This document shows positions 19,401-28,697 of a stretch of DNA of 64,000 nucleotides, one piece after another. The stretch covers positions 192,001 to 256,000 of the forward strand of contig OY760505.1 of the NCBI GenBank assembly GCA_963663545.1. The letters are read 5' to 3'. Source of the DNA: Candidatus Delongbacteria bacterium. Lineage in GTDB: Bacteria; CAIWAD01. Position numbers and translations under genes: made by a program. Numbering within the stretch: the stretch's first letter is position 1; each line of letters begins with the position of its first letter. The notes beneath the pieces are model-generated. The model saw only the letters and a program-made list of their open reading frames with translations. It was not told the DNA's origin and did not search any database.

Positions 19401-19478
19401 AAGATAGCACCGGCGGAGCGTTCCCTGCTCCCTGTATCACGAATAACATCGGTATCACAGAATTTGTTAACGCTAAGC

Positions 19479-19506
19479 TCAATTCCAGGCTTCCGGCTGA
19501 CGATAG
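19479..19506 (+). promoter_or_regulatory. Putative sigma-28 (FliA) promoter of the MCP gene
   Basis: TCAA-N16-GACGATAG versus consensus TAAA-N15-GCCGATAA, 36 nt upstream of the ATG. Confidence 0.4.
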
Positions 19507-19542
19507 TCCTGCCTGACGTTTCCTGCTAGCTATGAGGATGAT

Positions 19543-20883
19543 ATGCTTACCACCCTGCTCTTTTCCCTTGGTCTGCCCTTGAGTGCATTTGCCGGCTATG
19601 CCCTCTCCAAAAAATTCTCTGCCCGTTCCACGTGCGACAACGAAAGTGATACACAGGTCCAGGAGACCCTGAACAACGTACAATCGCCCATGATGGCCAT
19701 TGATCGCGACTTCAACATAGTCCGTATCAACACCGCAGGTGCCTCACTCGGTGGACGACGCCCGGAAGAGCTGGTGGGTACGAAGTGTTATGAACTCTTT
19801 CGCACCGGCCACTGCAGAACAGAGAAATGCGCCCTGGCTCGAGCGATGAAAGAGGGAAAGGTGATCACCGCGCGCACCTCGGCGAAGCCAGGTGATAACG
19901 AGTTCCCCATTCTCTACAGCGGCTCACCTACATATGACAACGAGGGCCGTATCACGGGCGCCATCGAATACGTGCAGGACATCCGCGCACTGGTAGATGC
20001 CCAGAACCGCACCCTTTCCTGTGCATCACGCCTCAGTGGATCCGTTGACGAGCTGAGTGAAGTGTCGTCCAATATGAAGCAACGCACTCTGGAAATGAGC
20101 GCGGGCTCCGAGCAGGTCGCGGGTGCAGCGGTTCAGGTCCGTGGTAACTTCACCACAGTGACCGCCGCCGTGGAAGAGTCGCGCGCCATCTTCCACAACA
20201 TTGCCTACTCGACACAGGAGCTTTCCTCCTCGATCAACGAGATTTCCCAAAGCACTCAGGAGGCAGCCACCCTTACTCGCGAAGGCGTAGATGTGGCCAA
20301 CCGGCTGGCAAAGCGCATTGAAGAGCTGGACAAGGCCTCGCGCGAAATCGGCGGCATTATCCAGGCCATCGTGGCCATCAGCGAGCAGACCAAACTGCTT
20401 GCGCTGAATGCGACCATTGAAGCGGCCCGTGCAGGCAACTACGGCAAGGGTTTTGCCGTTGTCGCCAACGAAGTCAAGGAACTTAGTCAGCAAACCAACG
20501 ATGCCATTGTGGATATTCAGGCCAAGGTGGGTATGATCACCGACTCCAGCCGCCTGACATCCAACGACATCAGCGTGATGAACGAATACATGCAGAGCAT
20601 CTTCGGCACGGTTGAGAGCATCGCCGGCGCACTGGAAGAGCAGAGCGCGACGACATCAGAAATCAGTTTCAGCGTCAGCGAAGCCGTAACTGGCATGGAT
20701 GAAGTAACACGCAACATGGCCGAAGCGAATCAGGCTGTGGGCGACATCGCCGATCAAACCGTGGAAATCAGTCAGCATTTGCGTGGCCTCAACGAAGCCA
20801 GCCTGACCGTTTCCGGCAATTCGAGCCTGCTTGTGGACTTGAGTATGGAGCTGGCCGTGGCCGCCGAGGACCTGACCAACTAG
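19543..20883 (+). CDS. Methyl-accepting chemotaxis protein with PAS domain
   Basis: N-terminal hydrophobic segment, PAS ([16 protein letters not shown]...GAIEYVQDI) and MCP hairpin [31 protein letters not shown]. Confidence 0.95.
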   Translation: MLTTLLFSLGLPLSAFAGYALSKKFSARSTCDNESDTQVQETLNNVQSPMMAIDRDFNIVRINTAGASLGGRRPEELVGTKCYELFRTGHCRTEKCALARAMKEGKVITARTSAKPGDNEFPILYSGSPTYDNEGRITGAIEYVQDIRALVDAQNRTLSCASRLSGSVDELSEVSSNMKQRTLEMSAGSEQVAGAAVQVRGNFTTVTAAVEESRAIFHNIAYSTQELSSSINEISQSTQEAATLTREGVDVANRLAKRIEELDKASREIGGIIQAIVAISEQTKLLALNATIEAARAGNYGKGFAVVANEVKELSQQTNDAIVDIQAKVGMITDSSRLTSNDISVMNEYMQSIFGTVESIAGALEEQSATTSEISFSVSEAVTGMDEVTRNMAEANQAVGDIADQTVEISQHLRGLNEASLTVSGNSSLLVDLSMELAVAAEDLTN

Positions 20884-20909
20884 ACATGACTACCGCTTCG
20901 TGGGGAAGC

Positions 20910-20938
20910 AAAACCCCGGACGCGAGTCCGGGGTTTTT
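20910..20938. terminator. Bidirectional intrinsic terminator
   Basis: AAAACCCCGGAC-GCGA-GTCCGGGGTTTTT between convergent genes. Confidence 0.9.
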
Positions 20939-20959
20939 GTGTACCCATCATCGTGTCCG

Positions 20960-21697
20960 TCAGCGTTGTTCCAGAAAAGCAGCGATTTGTCGTGATACGG
21001 CCAACGGAGCTTCCATGGCGGCCAGATGGCCCACATTGCCGGGAATCACACTCCAGCGCCCGTGAGGAATCAAGTCCGCCAGCTCGCGCATCATGGCAGG
21101 TGGAGTCAACTGATCCTGGGCACCTCCCAGACATAAAACGGGTTTCTGCCAGGCACTGAGCGCATCGCGCGTATCACGACGATCCAACATCATGCGATGC
21201 TGCCGGGCCATCAGTGTAGGTCCCAGACGCTGGCACATGGCGCGGACACGCGGAAACAGCTTGTCATCCTCCAGGCTCTGCTGGCTGAGGATCTTGGGCA
21301 AAAAGCCATCCAGTACACTCTGAAAGCGCCCGGCTTCGAGAGTGGCAATGACGGTTTCGCGTGTATCACGCGCTTCCAGAGTATCAGCGGCAGCGCGCGT
21401 ATCCATGAGGATCATGCGATTCACCAGTGCGGGGTATCGCAGTGCCACTTCCTGGGCGATGTAGCCGCCCATGGAGGTTCCGGCAATATCGATGCGACGA
21501 AGAGCCCGTTTCTTCAACAGGTCAACAAGCTCGTCCGCTGCAGAGGGAATGGATTCCTCACCATCGCTGCGTATCACCAGCACACGTCGGCGACGCCCAA
21601 GTTCCTCGACCTGGTGGTGATACATTTCGCTGTCGCAAAGAAGCGCGGGGATCAGGACGAGTGTGTCGCCCTGTCCCCGCTCAAGTTCAATTCGCAT
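20960..21697 (-). CDS. Alpha/beta-fold hydrolase
   Basis: Nucleophile elbow GTSMGG, GAQDQLTP and GHLAAMEAP. Confidence 0.9.
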   Translation of the reverse strand: MRIELERGQGDTLVLIPALLCDSEMYHHQVEELGRRRRVLVIRSDGEESIPSAADELVDLLKKRALRRIDIAGTSMGGYIAQEVALRYPALVNRMILMDTRAAADTLEARDTRETVIATLEAGRFQSVLDGFLPKILSQQSLEDDKLFPRVRAMCQRLGPTLMARQHRMMLDRRDTRDALSAWQKPVLCLGGAQDQLTPPAMMRELADLIPHGRWSVIPGNVGHLAAMEAPLAVSRQIAAFLEQR

Positions 21698-21702
21698 GTC
21701 CT

Positions 21703-24150
21703 CTACCAGCTCTGGCTAAGACGGAAGAGCACCAGCAGATAGCTTTCGTCGCTGCGGTCGCCGCCGTAACTGCGGTAATCCAGATTGGCGGTCAGCTGCA
21801 TGTTCTTCAGCAGCTTGTAACGCGCGCCCAGGACCACATCGAAACGCGAGTAGTCATTCTTCTCCGCGTTGGCCACCTCGGCTTCGCTACTCACCGATTG
21901 CATTTGCAGACGCAGGCTTCCTTGCAGCGTGTCGTCAAAGAAATCCTGCACCACACCGGCGCGCAGGTTGAAGGAATTGTAATCCATCATCGCGTCTTCG
22001 TCGTAGGCTACGTTGTAGATGCCAGCACCAAGGGTCGTGCGCGTAGCACGCAGAAGCTGGGTGCGCAGTCCGGCATCGAGTTGCAGCGTTGACGAAGACT
22101 GATCCTGACGCAAATCTTCAAGTACAAAACCGTCGTTGTCGGTCACGAAGAGATGGCCGATATCGTCGCTCTTCTGCTGCAAGCTGAAGTTCAACGAATA
22201 GCGATGGTCCAGATCCAGCAGCTTGGCTCCGCCGGCAACGCCAATCTGCACCTGCATGAGGGTGGCCTCGATCTGCTGTTGCTGCAGGTTCTGAATCTCA
22301 TCTGCACTTGCGGCAGCCATGTCAGAAGCCAACAGGTCGTCGGCGCGATCACCGGCCTCGTTGCTTTCAGAGCTGACATCCACACCCAGGTTGAGCTGCA
22401 GGTCCATCTGCCGCGGGAACCAGCCGACACCGATGTGCATCTGGTTCTGGCTCAGGGTACCCACCGAAGCGTCGTACTGCTTGTCGAGGTTGTTGGTGGT
22501 CAGGCTGTAAAAAGCATCTACGTAACACTGATTCCGACCGAAGCGATAGCGCTCGCCCAGCTTGAACTGCTGACGGTCGGGAGCCAGGAAGCTGTTGCCC
22601 AGGCTGTAGTAGTTGGGGCCAACTCGATGCACATTCAAATAGATGTCGTGCCCGCCGTAGGTCAATCCCCAGTCGCTGAGCCAGGCCAGATTGCTGAGAT
22701 AGTCACCATCGGCCAGGTCCAGCGGAGCGAAATACTCGTTCAGGACGATGAAGTCTTCGAAGTCAGCAGGACTGGGTAGGTCGCCCAGATCGAGGCTGTC
22801 CATCTCGGCATCGGTGAAGGGACCACCTGAGATGTCGCTGTTGTAGAAACTGAAACCCGCCTGGTTGAGGAAACGCAGGCGTCCCTGCATGGCGCGATAG
22901 TTCAGTCGCAGACCCAGGACGGCGTTGTCCACGGGGCGACTGGTGCTCAGGGTATCGACGGCGTCGGTGACGAAGTCGACCATGCTGTCCACGTCGTCCT
23001 TGGCCTTGAACACGCTGAGGCCGGCCTCAAAACCACCGGTCAGTTTGCCAAAGCGCATATCCAGGGCCATGACATCGCGGTCATAGGTGCCAGCGTACTC
23101 CAATTCCAGCTCGTCGTCATCGTTCAGCCCCGTGATGGGGTCACGGGCTTCGCGGCTCTGGCCGATGGTGAACCCCAGGCCAAATCGACGCGCCTGCCAA
23201 TCCAGCTCGAAACCGCGTACGCGAGTGCCTGAAAGAACAGCGCGCCCGTAACTGGGACGGCGATCGCCAATGCCCAAGGTCAGTCCGCCGCGTGATACTT
23301 CGGCCTCGAAACGCGACTGAGGCTGCAGGATGTCGGATTCCCAATCCTGCGCGGCGAGCAGCACACGCCCCTTGTAGGTCCAGGGCTTGCTGGGATTTGC
23401 CGTGCTACCGCGGAAACTGAATTGCGCAGCGTGAAAGCGCTCCCACTCCTGTTCACGGCCTTCAACGCGCTCCATGTTGAATTCTTCCCAGGCGTCGGCG
23501 TGAAACTCTCCGGCGTAGCGCTTGGGCTGACGCGCACTCAGCGTGATACGCTGTGCGGGCAGGCTGCGACCCTGTGTATCACGCACCAGTACTTCCAGCA
23601 CATGTTCACCGGCGCTCAGTTTCCCGCTCCAGGTTACCAGCCAGGGATCACTCTCAACTCCCGCCAGCGGACGGCCGTCCAGGCGCAATTCGACCTGGGC
23701 GGGATCCATCTCGCCCAACAAGGGAGACAGGGCGATAAAGGCTTCTTCTTCGGAGCTGAAGGACTCTTCGGAAAGCAGCTGATAATACTCGGCCACTGCC
23801 TCAGGAGCTAGGCTGATGCGGTAGTTGCCCGAGGCGGGCAAACGGTAGCGTTCACCTGCCTGGGTGAACTCTAGCGCGTACTCCAGCGAGGTCGTGCGTG
23901 TAATCGTGCCGGGCACGATAAACAGAATCTCGCCCGGACTTTGCTCGACAGGATCGAGCTCGTGGATCATGCCACCTTCTACCATGACGCGCAAGAGCGC
24001 GTCCTCGACCGCAGGTGAAGCCGGATCACGGAAGACCAGCTCCAGATCGCTTCCGCTGGTCGCCGTCGCCGGAACTTGATGCTGCCAGGCGGCAGACGCC
24101 GGCAGCACAGCCAGCAAAAGGCCGATCACCAACAAAACGCCATGCTTCAT
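21703..24150 (-). CDS. Hypothetical outer-membrane beta-barrel protein with N-terminal Ig-like domains
   Basis: Signal peptide MKHGVLL..., a long run of alternating beta-strands and an aromatic C-terminus LFRLSQSW. RBS GGAGAG. Confidence 0.6.
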   Translation of the reverse strand: MKHGVLLVIGLLLAVLPASAAWQHQVPATATSGSDLELVFRDPASPAVEDALLRVMVEGGMIHELDPVEQSPGEILFIVPGTITRTTSLEYALEFTQAGERYRLPASGNYRISLAPEAVAEYYQLLSEESFSSEEEAFIALSPLLGEMDPAQVELRLDGRPLAGVESDPWLVTWSGKLSAGEHVLEVLVRDTQGRSLPAQRITLSARQPKRYAGEFHADAWEEFNMERVEGREQEWERFHAAQFSFRGSTANPSKPWTYKGRVLLAAQDWESDILQPQSRFEAEVSRGGLTLGIGDRRPSYGRAVLSGTRVRGFELDWQARRFGLGFTIGQSREARDPITGLNDDDELELEYAGTYDRDVMALDMRFGKLTGGFEAGLSVFKAKDDVDSMVDFVTDAVDTLSTSRPVDNAVLGLRLNYRAMQGRLRFLNQAGFSFYNSDISGGPFTDAEMDSLDLGDLPSPADFEDFIVLNEYFAPLDLADGDYLSNLAWLSDWGLTYGGHDIYLNVHRVGPNYYSLGNSFLAPDRQQFKLGERYRFGRNQCYVDAFYSLTTNNLDKQYDASVGTLSQNQMHIGVGWFPRQMDLQLNLGVDVSSESNEAGDRADDLLASDMAAASADEIQNLQQQQIEATLMQVQIGVAGGAKLLDLDHRYSLNFSLQQKSDDIGHLFVTDNDGFVLEDLRQDQSSSTLQLDAGLRTQLLRATRTTLGAGIYNVAYDEDAMMDYNSFNLRAGVVQDFFDDTLQGSLRLQMQSVSSEAEVANAEKNDYSRFDVVLGARYKLLKNMQLTANLDYRSYGGDRSDESYLLVLFRLSQSW

Positions 24151-24185
24151 GGATTCTCTCCTTCGCGACCACCGCAAAAGGCAAG

Positions 24186-24211
24186 GCCACACGGACCTGG
24201 GTCCGCGTGGC
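24186..24211 (-). terminator. Intercistronic hairpin / possible terminator after the FecR gene
   Basis: GCCACACGGACC-TG-GGTCCGCGTGGC, followed by CTTGCCTTTT on the minus strand. Confidence 0.45.
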
Positions 24212-24250
24212 TCTGCGAGGGGAATGATCGCTAGATTGGTCTTCCCACTA

Positions 24251-24919
24251 CTATTCGTAGTACTCGATAATTAACACTCGCTCTTCGCCGCCATCGCTGA
24301 CAGGAATGCGAATGGTCTTCAGCTGTCCGCGCTCCAGATCGCCCGTGTCGGCGCCCGTTGTCTCACGCAGATTTACATCGCCGCCTTGTGATACACCGGT
24401 GAAGCCCATCACCACATCGCGGGATTCATTGCTGCGCAGGTTGCGCAGGTTCACGATTCCCTCTTCGGTAATGACCGTGGTTTCGCCAGCACCGCCAACA
24501 CGCGTCCACCAGGCGGTTCCCTTCACCGAGGCCACAGAGGTGGGGGTGGCAACGCGGAAACCGCCGCCCTCGCCCGTCACCTGCGTCCACAGGGTGCCCA
24601 GGTCCATCTCGACTTCTTTGCGAACGCCATCTCCGGCGCGATCGACGTGCAGTGTCAACTCCGTCTGCGGCTGCAGCTTGAGCTGGCTGCGATCGTCGGT
24701 AAAGACCAAGACCGCGCGTCCGTCTTCTCCGGTACGTACACGATCTCCGTCCGCCAGACGCATGCCCTGCTGCAGTGCGCTATCGCTTTCGCCCTCGCGC
24801 AGCAAGGTCACCTGCCCGGAGGATTTCACTACCACCGCCACACTCTGAGCCGCTGCATAAGCGCCCATACAAAGGACCAGCAAGGCCAAGAGGCCGGTCC
24901 GGATTTTCACATTCAACAT
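24251..24919 (-). CDS. Exported FecR-domain protein
   Basis: Signal peptide, GDRVRTGEDGRAVLVFTD.S and FRVATPTSVASVKGT. Confidence 0.85.
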   Translation of the reverse strand: MLNVKIRTGLLALLVLCMGAYAAAQSVAVVVKSSGQVTLLREGESDSALQQGMRLADGDRVRTGEDGRAVLVFTDDRSQLKLQPQTELTLHVDRAGDGVRKEVEMDLGTLWTQVTGEGGGFRVATPTSVASVKGTAWWTRVGGAGETTVITEEGIVNLRNLRSNESRDVVMGFTGVSQGGDVNLRETTGADTGDLERGQLKTIRIPVSDGGEERVLIIEYYE

Positions 24920-24943
24920 ACCCTAACTCCTGTCTTGCCTTGC

Positions 24944-25993
24944 CTACTCTACCCTGATACCGGCCACGTGAAGCTCTCCGCTGGCCAGGCGCTGCACGAT
25001 GTCCTGCAATTCCTGCGGACTGATGAGCTGGCCGTCAACCGTTATGGCCCCACTCAGGCTCAGCTGCTGCAGAAGATCGCCCAGACCGGCGAGCTGGCTG
25101 GGGGTAAGGCCGCCCAGCAAGTCTTCCAAGGGCTGGTTGCCTTCGCCACTGCGATAGTGGAAAACGCGTACTTCACTGGGGAATTCCTGCTCACCGGAAG
25201 TGGTACTCAGCACCGTGTAGACGATCCACGCATAGTCGCCGCCGTTAACAAGCGGACTGCGCTGATTGCCTTCCAGGCCGTACACGGCGCTGGGCTGCTC
25301 TACCATGGCTTCCCAGACAGGCATGTCTTCTATGGCCTCCTGCGGACTGCTGTGGCGCTCCGTGTTGTACTCGCAAACGCGAATGCGATAGTGCGGGGCA
25401 CGGCCGCTCCAGGCGAAGGCGGGCTGCTCGGTACCGATGACCGCGTCTTCCCAGGGCAACTGCAGCGTCAGATTGCGCTGATCGTTGACTGTAAAGGAAG
25501 TGCTGATCTGGTTGGAGCCCGTCGACCCGTCCATGTTGGTGTACGCAAACTGCACCAGCACCGTGTAGGTACCCGAAGGCAAGAGGTTGCCGCTGATGTT
25601 CTCCAGGAAATCCGCATTATATTCGCCGTTGGAATCGTGGGCGCTGTAGCTGACGCTTCCGGGAGCCGAGACACCGTTGCGGAAATCGGCAATGGAGTAG
25701 CTAGTGTCCCAGGAGCCGTAAATATCCTCAGCCGTGAACCAGCCGCTGGCAAGCTCCATGCCTGCATAGGTCAGGCTAAGATCGATGCGCAGGTTGCGGT
25801 AATGAAAATCCTGCGGCAGCATCAGATTCACTTCGACGCCGTCGGTAAGATCTCCTGTTCCTGCGGGATCCAGATCGCCGATGTAGTACAATTCATAAGG
25901 GGTTTCGATGGTGGCGGTGGGCTGAGCTTGCGCCCAGGCGAGGGTCGACATCAAGAGTAGTGCCGAGACCTGAAGAACTTGACGAACGCACAT
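24944..25993 (-). CDS. Exported hypothetical protein (Ig/FN3-like)
   Basis: Signal peptide (…STLAWAQ) and LQLPWEDAVI...QPAFAWS...LVNGGDYAWIV FN3-like segment. Start after an AGGAGAGG RBS. Confidence 0.65.
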   Translation of the reverse strand: MCVRQVLQVSALLLMSTLAWAQAQPTATIETPYELYYIGDLDPAGTGDLTDGVEVNLMLPQDFHYRNLRIDLSLTYAGMELASGWFTAEDIYGSWDTSYSIADFRNGVSAPGSVSYSAHDSNGEYNADFLENISGNLLPSGTYTVLVQFAYTNMDGSTGSNQISTSFTVNDQRNLTLQLPWEDAVIGTEQPAFAWSGRAPHYRIRVCEYNTERHSSPQEAIEDMPVWEAMVEQPSAVYGLEGNQRSPLVNGGDYAWIVYTVLSTTSGEQEFPSEVRVFHYRSGEGNQPLEDLLGGLTPSQLAGLGDLLQQLSLSGAITVDGQLISPQELQDIVQRLASGELHVAGIRVE

Positions 25994-26175
25994 GGTCCTC
26001 TCCTTTCGTGACCTGTTTTGGCAGCTTCGGCGGAAAGTTGCGTGCCGCGGATCAACCAAGGTGTGACCGGGCGCAATGCACCGCTGTACGCAGCATCACC
26101 GGACAAGATACCGAAAATGACAGAACATCGAAGCAATGAAAGAGCCGCAAGAATGCGGCGTTTTTCCCTTCAATG

Positions 26176-26203
26176 TTATCGGAAAGGGACTGGCACAAGT
26201 TTG
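26176..26203 (-). promoter_or_regulatory. Putative sigma-28 promoter upstream of the exported-protein/FecR/barrel genes
   Basis: Minus strand CAAA-N16-TCCGATAA. The -35 lies within the inverted repeat TGGCA-N6-TGCCA (26191-26206). Confidence 0.4.
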
Positions 26204-26210
26204 CCACCGG

Positions 26211-26714
26211 CTACTGGCGAATGAAGTCCTGAAAGAGGACGCGATCGACAGCGCCTGCATTCAAGAAGCCGTTAATGACTACGGTGACAGAGTCGCGTAT
26301 CGCCTCGCGCTGGCTGATGTCCGAGAGTTGAGTCTCGGGCAGGGAGCTCAAATAGGAGATTAGTTTGTCACGAATGAAGGGCATGCGAGTGCCAAGCTCG
26401 CCCTGCAGGTCAGTGTTCTCAGGATCGCACTCCACCGCCAGGGTGATCTTGAAAATGCGGCGCCCGGAAGCATCGGAAGGATTGATAACCAGATCGTCCA
26501 CGGGAATGATGGTGCCGAATTCGTACTCCTTCTCCGCATCGCCCTCGCCGTCCTTGCCCTTGTCCTTGGTCTTGCCCGGTTGCCCATCTTCCACGAGCTC
26601 GGTGCTGTCCTGATTGCGATAGTGATTGAAGAACCAGTCCATCACGAAGTAGGAGAGGACGATCTGCGCGATCAGGGCCACCAGAATTGCCAGAATGATG
26701 AAGTAGAGTTTCAT
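26211..26714 (-). CDS. fliL: Flagellar basal body-associated protein FliL
   Basis: Single N-terminal TM, DLVINP...RRIFKITLAVE, PFIRDKLISYLS and C-terminal VLFQDFIRQ. Confidence 0.85.
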   Translation of the reverse strand: MKLYFIILAILVALIAQIVLSYFVMDWFFNHYRNQDSTELVEDGQPGKTKDKGKDGEGDAEKEYEFGTIIPVDDLVINPSDASGRRIFKITLAVECDPENTDLQGELGTRMPFIRDKLISYLSSLPETQLSDISQREAIRDSVTVVINGFLNAGAVDRVLFQDFIRQ

Positions 26715-26782
26715 TGCGTCTCCGGGCTATTGCCACCTGTTTGATCGCTCGCAAACCCCGCTCGTGCAGAGAGGCTGTAGTA

Positions 26783-26809
26783 TTGTCGGCACAAATGCAA
26801 AAAACTACA
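26783..26809 (-). promoter_or_regulatory. Putative sigma-28 promoter of fliL
   Basis: Minus strand TGTAGTTT-N11-GCCGACAA versus extended consensus TAAAGTTT-N11-GCCGATAA. Confidence 0.45.
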
Positions 26810-26964
26810 GCGTCGGGGTCCGGTACAGCAGAAGCACACCCAGACTGCTGCCTCTAAAATGTAAGTTGTACGACGCTTCCCGTCCAATACTGCGGCCAAG
26901 ATCCGCATGTATCACGCGCCCCTGCCCGGGCGGGAAACGAAACAACAGAGAACGAGGAGAACTC

Positions 26965-28650
26965 ATGTCCTATCTAGCCGCCGATTTTGCAGCCGGCGAC
27001 CCCGCCGCTATTCGACTGTGCTACGAAGAACTGCTTGGCCGTACTGTTCAGACAGAGGCGGAGCTGGTGCAGCTGATTCTGGATGCTAATGAGTTGGGCC
27101 GCGCCCTCGAGGAGGATTCGGCCTGGCGCTACAATCACATGAGCTGTGATACAACCAGCGCCGAGTACCGCGAAGCCTGGAACTTCTTCCTGCGCGAAAT
27201 CGACCCCTTGTGTAAACCCTACGAGTTCAAACTGGCGGAACGCATTCGCAAGCATCCGGCTTTTGAAAATCTGGATCGTGAACGCTACGGCGTCTATGCA
27301 CGCATTCTAGGCCGTGAGGCAGAGCTGTTTCGCGAAGAGAACGTGGCGCTCGAGGCGGAGATCGAAGAGGCCGCCAGTCGCTATGGCGAAATCAGCGCTG
27401 CCATGACCGTTCATCTGGACGGGCAGGAGCTGACCCTACAACGCGCCTCGCTGAAATTGCAGGAAAAGGACCGCGCTACCCGCGAAGAAGCCTGGCGCGC
27501 CGTGGCCGACCGGCGGCTGGCCGACGGCGTCAGGCTGGATGAATTGATGGACGAGCTGCTGGAAATGCGTCACCGCGTGGCGAAAAACGCGGGTTTCAAC
27601 AACTTCCGCGATTACCAGCACGCCAAGCTCAAGCGCTTCGACTACACCCCCGACGACTGCATTGTCTTTCACCGTTCCATTGAACACGAAGTACTGCCGC
27701 ACATCAAAGTCTGGCAGGAAGATCGTCGCCAGCGCTTGGGCGTGGACACTCTGCGCCCCTGGGATATGTCCGTGGACGTCTACGGTGATACGCCGCTACG
27801 CCCCTTTGCCGACAGCGACGACTTGATCGACGGGACCATTCGCGTGCTCAATCAGCTGCGCGAAGGGCTGGGCAAGACCATCGTAGAGATGCGACGCCTG
27901 GGTCACCTGGATCTGGCTTCCCGCAAGGGCAAAGCGCCGGGCGGCTACAACAATCCACTCTACGTCAGTGGCTATCCTTTCATCTTCATGAATGCAGTAG
28001 GCAGCCACAGCGATCTGACGACCATGGTCCATGAATCGGGACACGCCATTCACGCCGTGCTGACCCACGAAGAGCCGCTGTGCGCCTACAAGGATGTACC
28101 CAGCGAGGCGGCTGAGCTGGCTTCGATGTCCATGGAGCTGCTTTCCATGGCGCATTGGGATGTCTTCTACCCCGACCAGCAGGATCTGCGTCGTGCGCGC
28201 AGGCAACAGCTTGAACGCACGCTGACGGTGCTTCCCTGGGTGGCAACCATCGACGCTTTCCAGCACTGGCTCTACACGCACCCCGGCCACAGTCACGAAG
28301 AACGTCACGAGGCCTGGCTGCGTATCGCCGGACGTTTTGAAACGGGCATGCAGAGCTGGGAGGGACTGGAATCGTACGCCGCCTTGCAGTACCAGCGGCA
28401 GCTGCACATCTACGAAGTTCCCTTCTACTACGTGGAGTACGCCATCAGCCAGCTCGGGGCCTTGCAGGTATGGGCCAACAGTCTGCGCGACAAGGAAAAG
28501 GCCCTGGACGCCTACCTCGCAGGCTTGAGTTTGGGCTACAGCAAACCGCTACCCGAAATCTATGCGCGTTGCGGAATTCGTTTTGATTTTGGTGAGCAAA
28601 CAGTGGCAGCACTGAGCGCCGAGGTAGCCAAAGCCTGGCAAGAGCTCTAG
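26965..28650 (+). CDS. M3 family oligoendopeptidase (PepF-like)
   Basis: Motifs KGKAPGGY, HESGH zinc site, ELASMSMEL and PFYYVEY. ATG follows GAGGAG. Confidence 0.92.
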   Translation: MSYLAADFAAGDPAAIRLCYEELLGRTVQTEAELVQLILDANELGRALEEDSAWRYNHMSCDTTSAEYREAWNFFLREIDPLCKPYEFKLAERIRKHPAFENLDRERYGVYARILGREAELFREENVALEAEIEEAASRYGEISAAMTVHLDGQELTLQRASLKLQEKDRATREEAWRAVADRRLADGVRLDELMDELLEMRHRVAKNAGFNNFRDYQHAKLKRFDYTPDDCIVFHRSIEHEVLPHIKVWQEDRRQRLGVDTLRPWDMSVDVYGDTPLRPFADSDDLIDGTIRVLNQLREGLGKTIVEMRRLGHLDLASRKGKAPGGYNNPLYVSGYPFIFMNAVGSHSDLTTMVHESGHAIHAVLTHEEPLCAYKDVPSEAAELASMSMELLSMAHWDVFYPDQQDLRRARRQQLERTLTVLPWVATIDAFQHWLYTHPGHSHEERHEAWLRIAGRFETGMQSWEGLESYAALQYQRQLHIYEVPFYYVEYAISQLGALQVWANSLRDKEKALDAYLAGLSLGYSKPLPEIYARCGIRFDFGEQTVAALSAEVAKAWQEL

Positions 28651-28697
28651 GCATTGAGCAAATCAGCTATGCATTGTGCACCCGTGATTCCCTGGGA

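Noticed and set aside
19434..19458. Motif as CRP/FNR or phage-repressor operator half-sites (TGTGA / TATCAC)
   Set aside because: No correctly spaced dyad partners, and over 90% of copies are inside genes rather than at promoters.
26191..26206. Sigma-54 promoter TGGCACAAGTTTGC
   Set aside because: The GG-to-GC spacing is 9 nt rather than 10 on either strand. Kept only as an inverted repeat.
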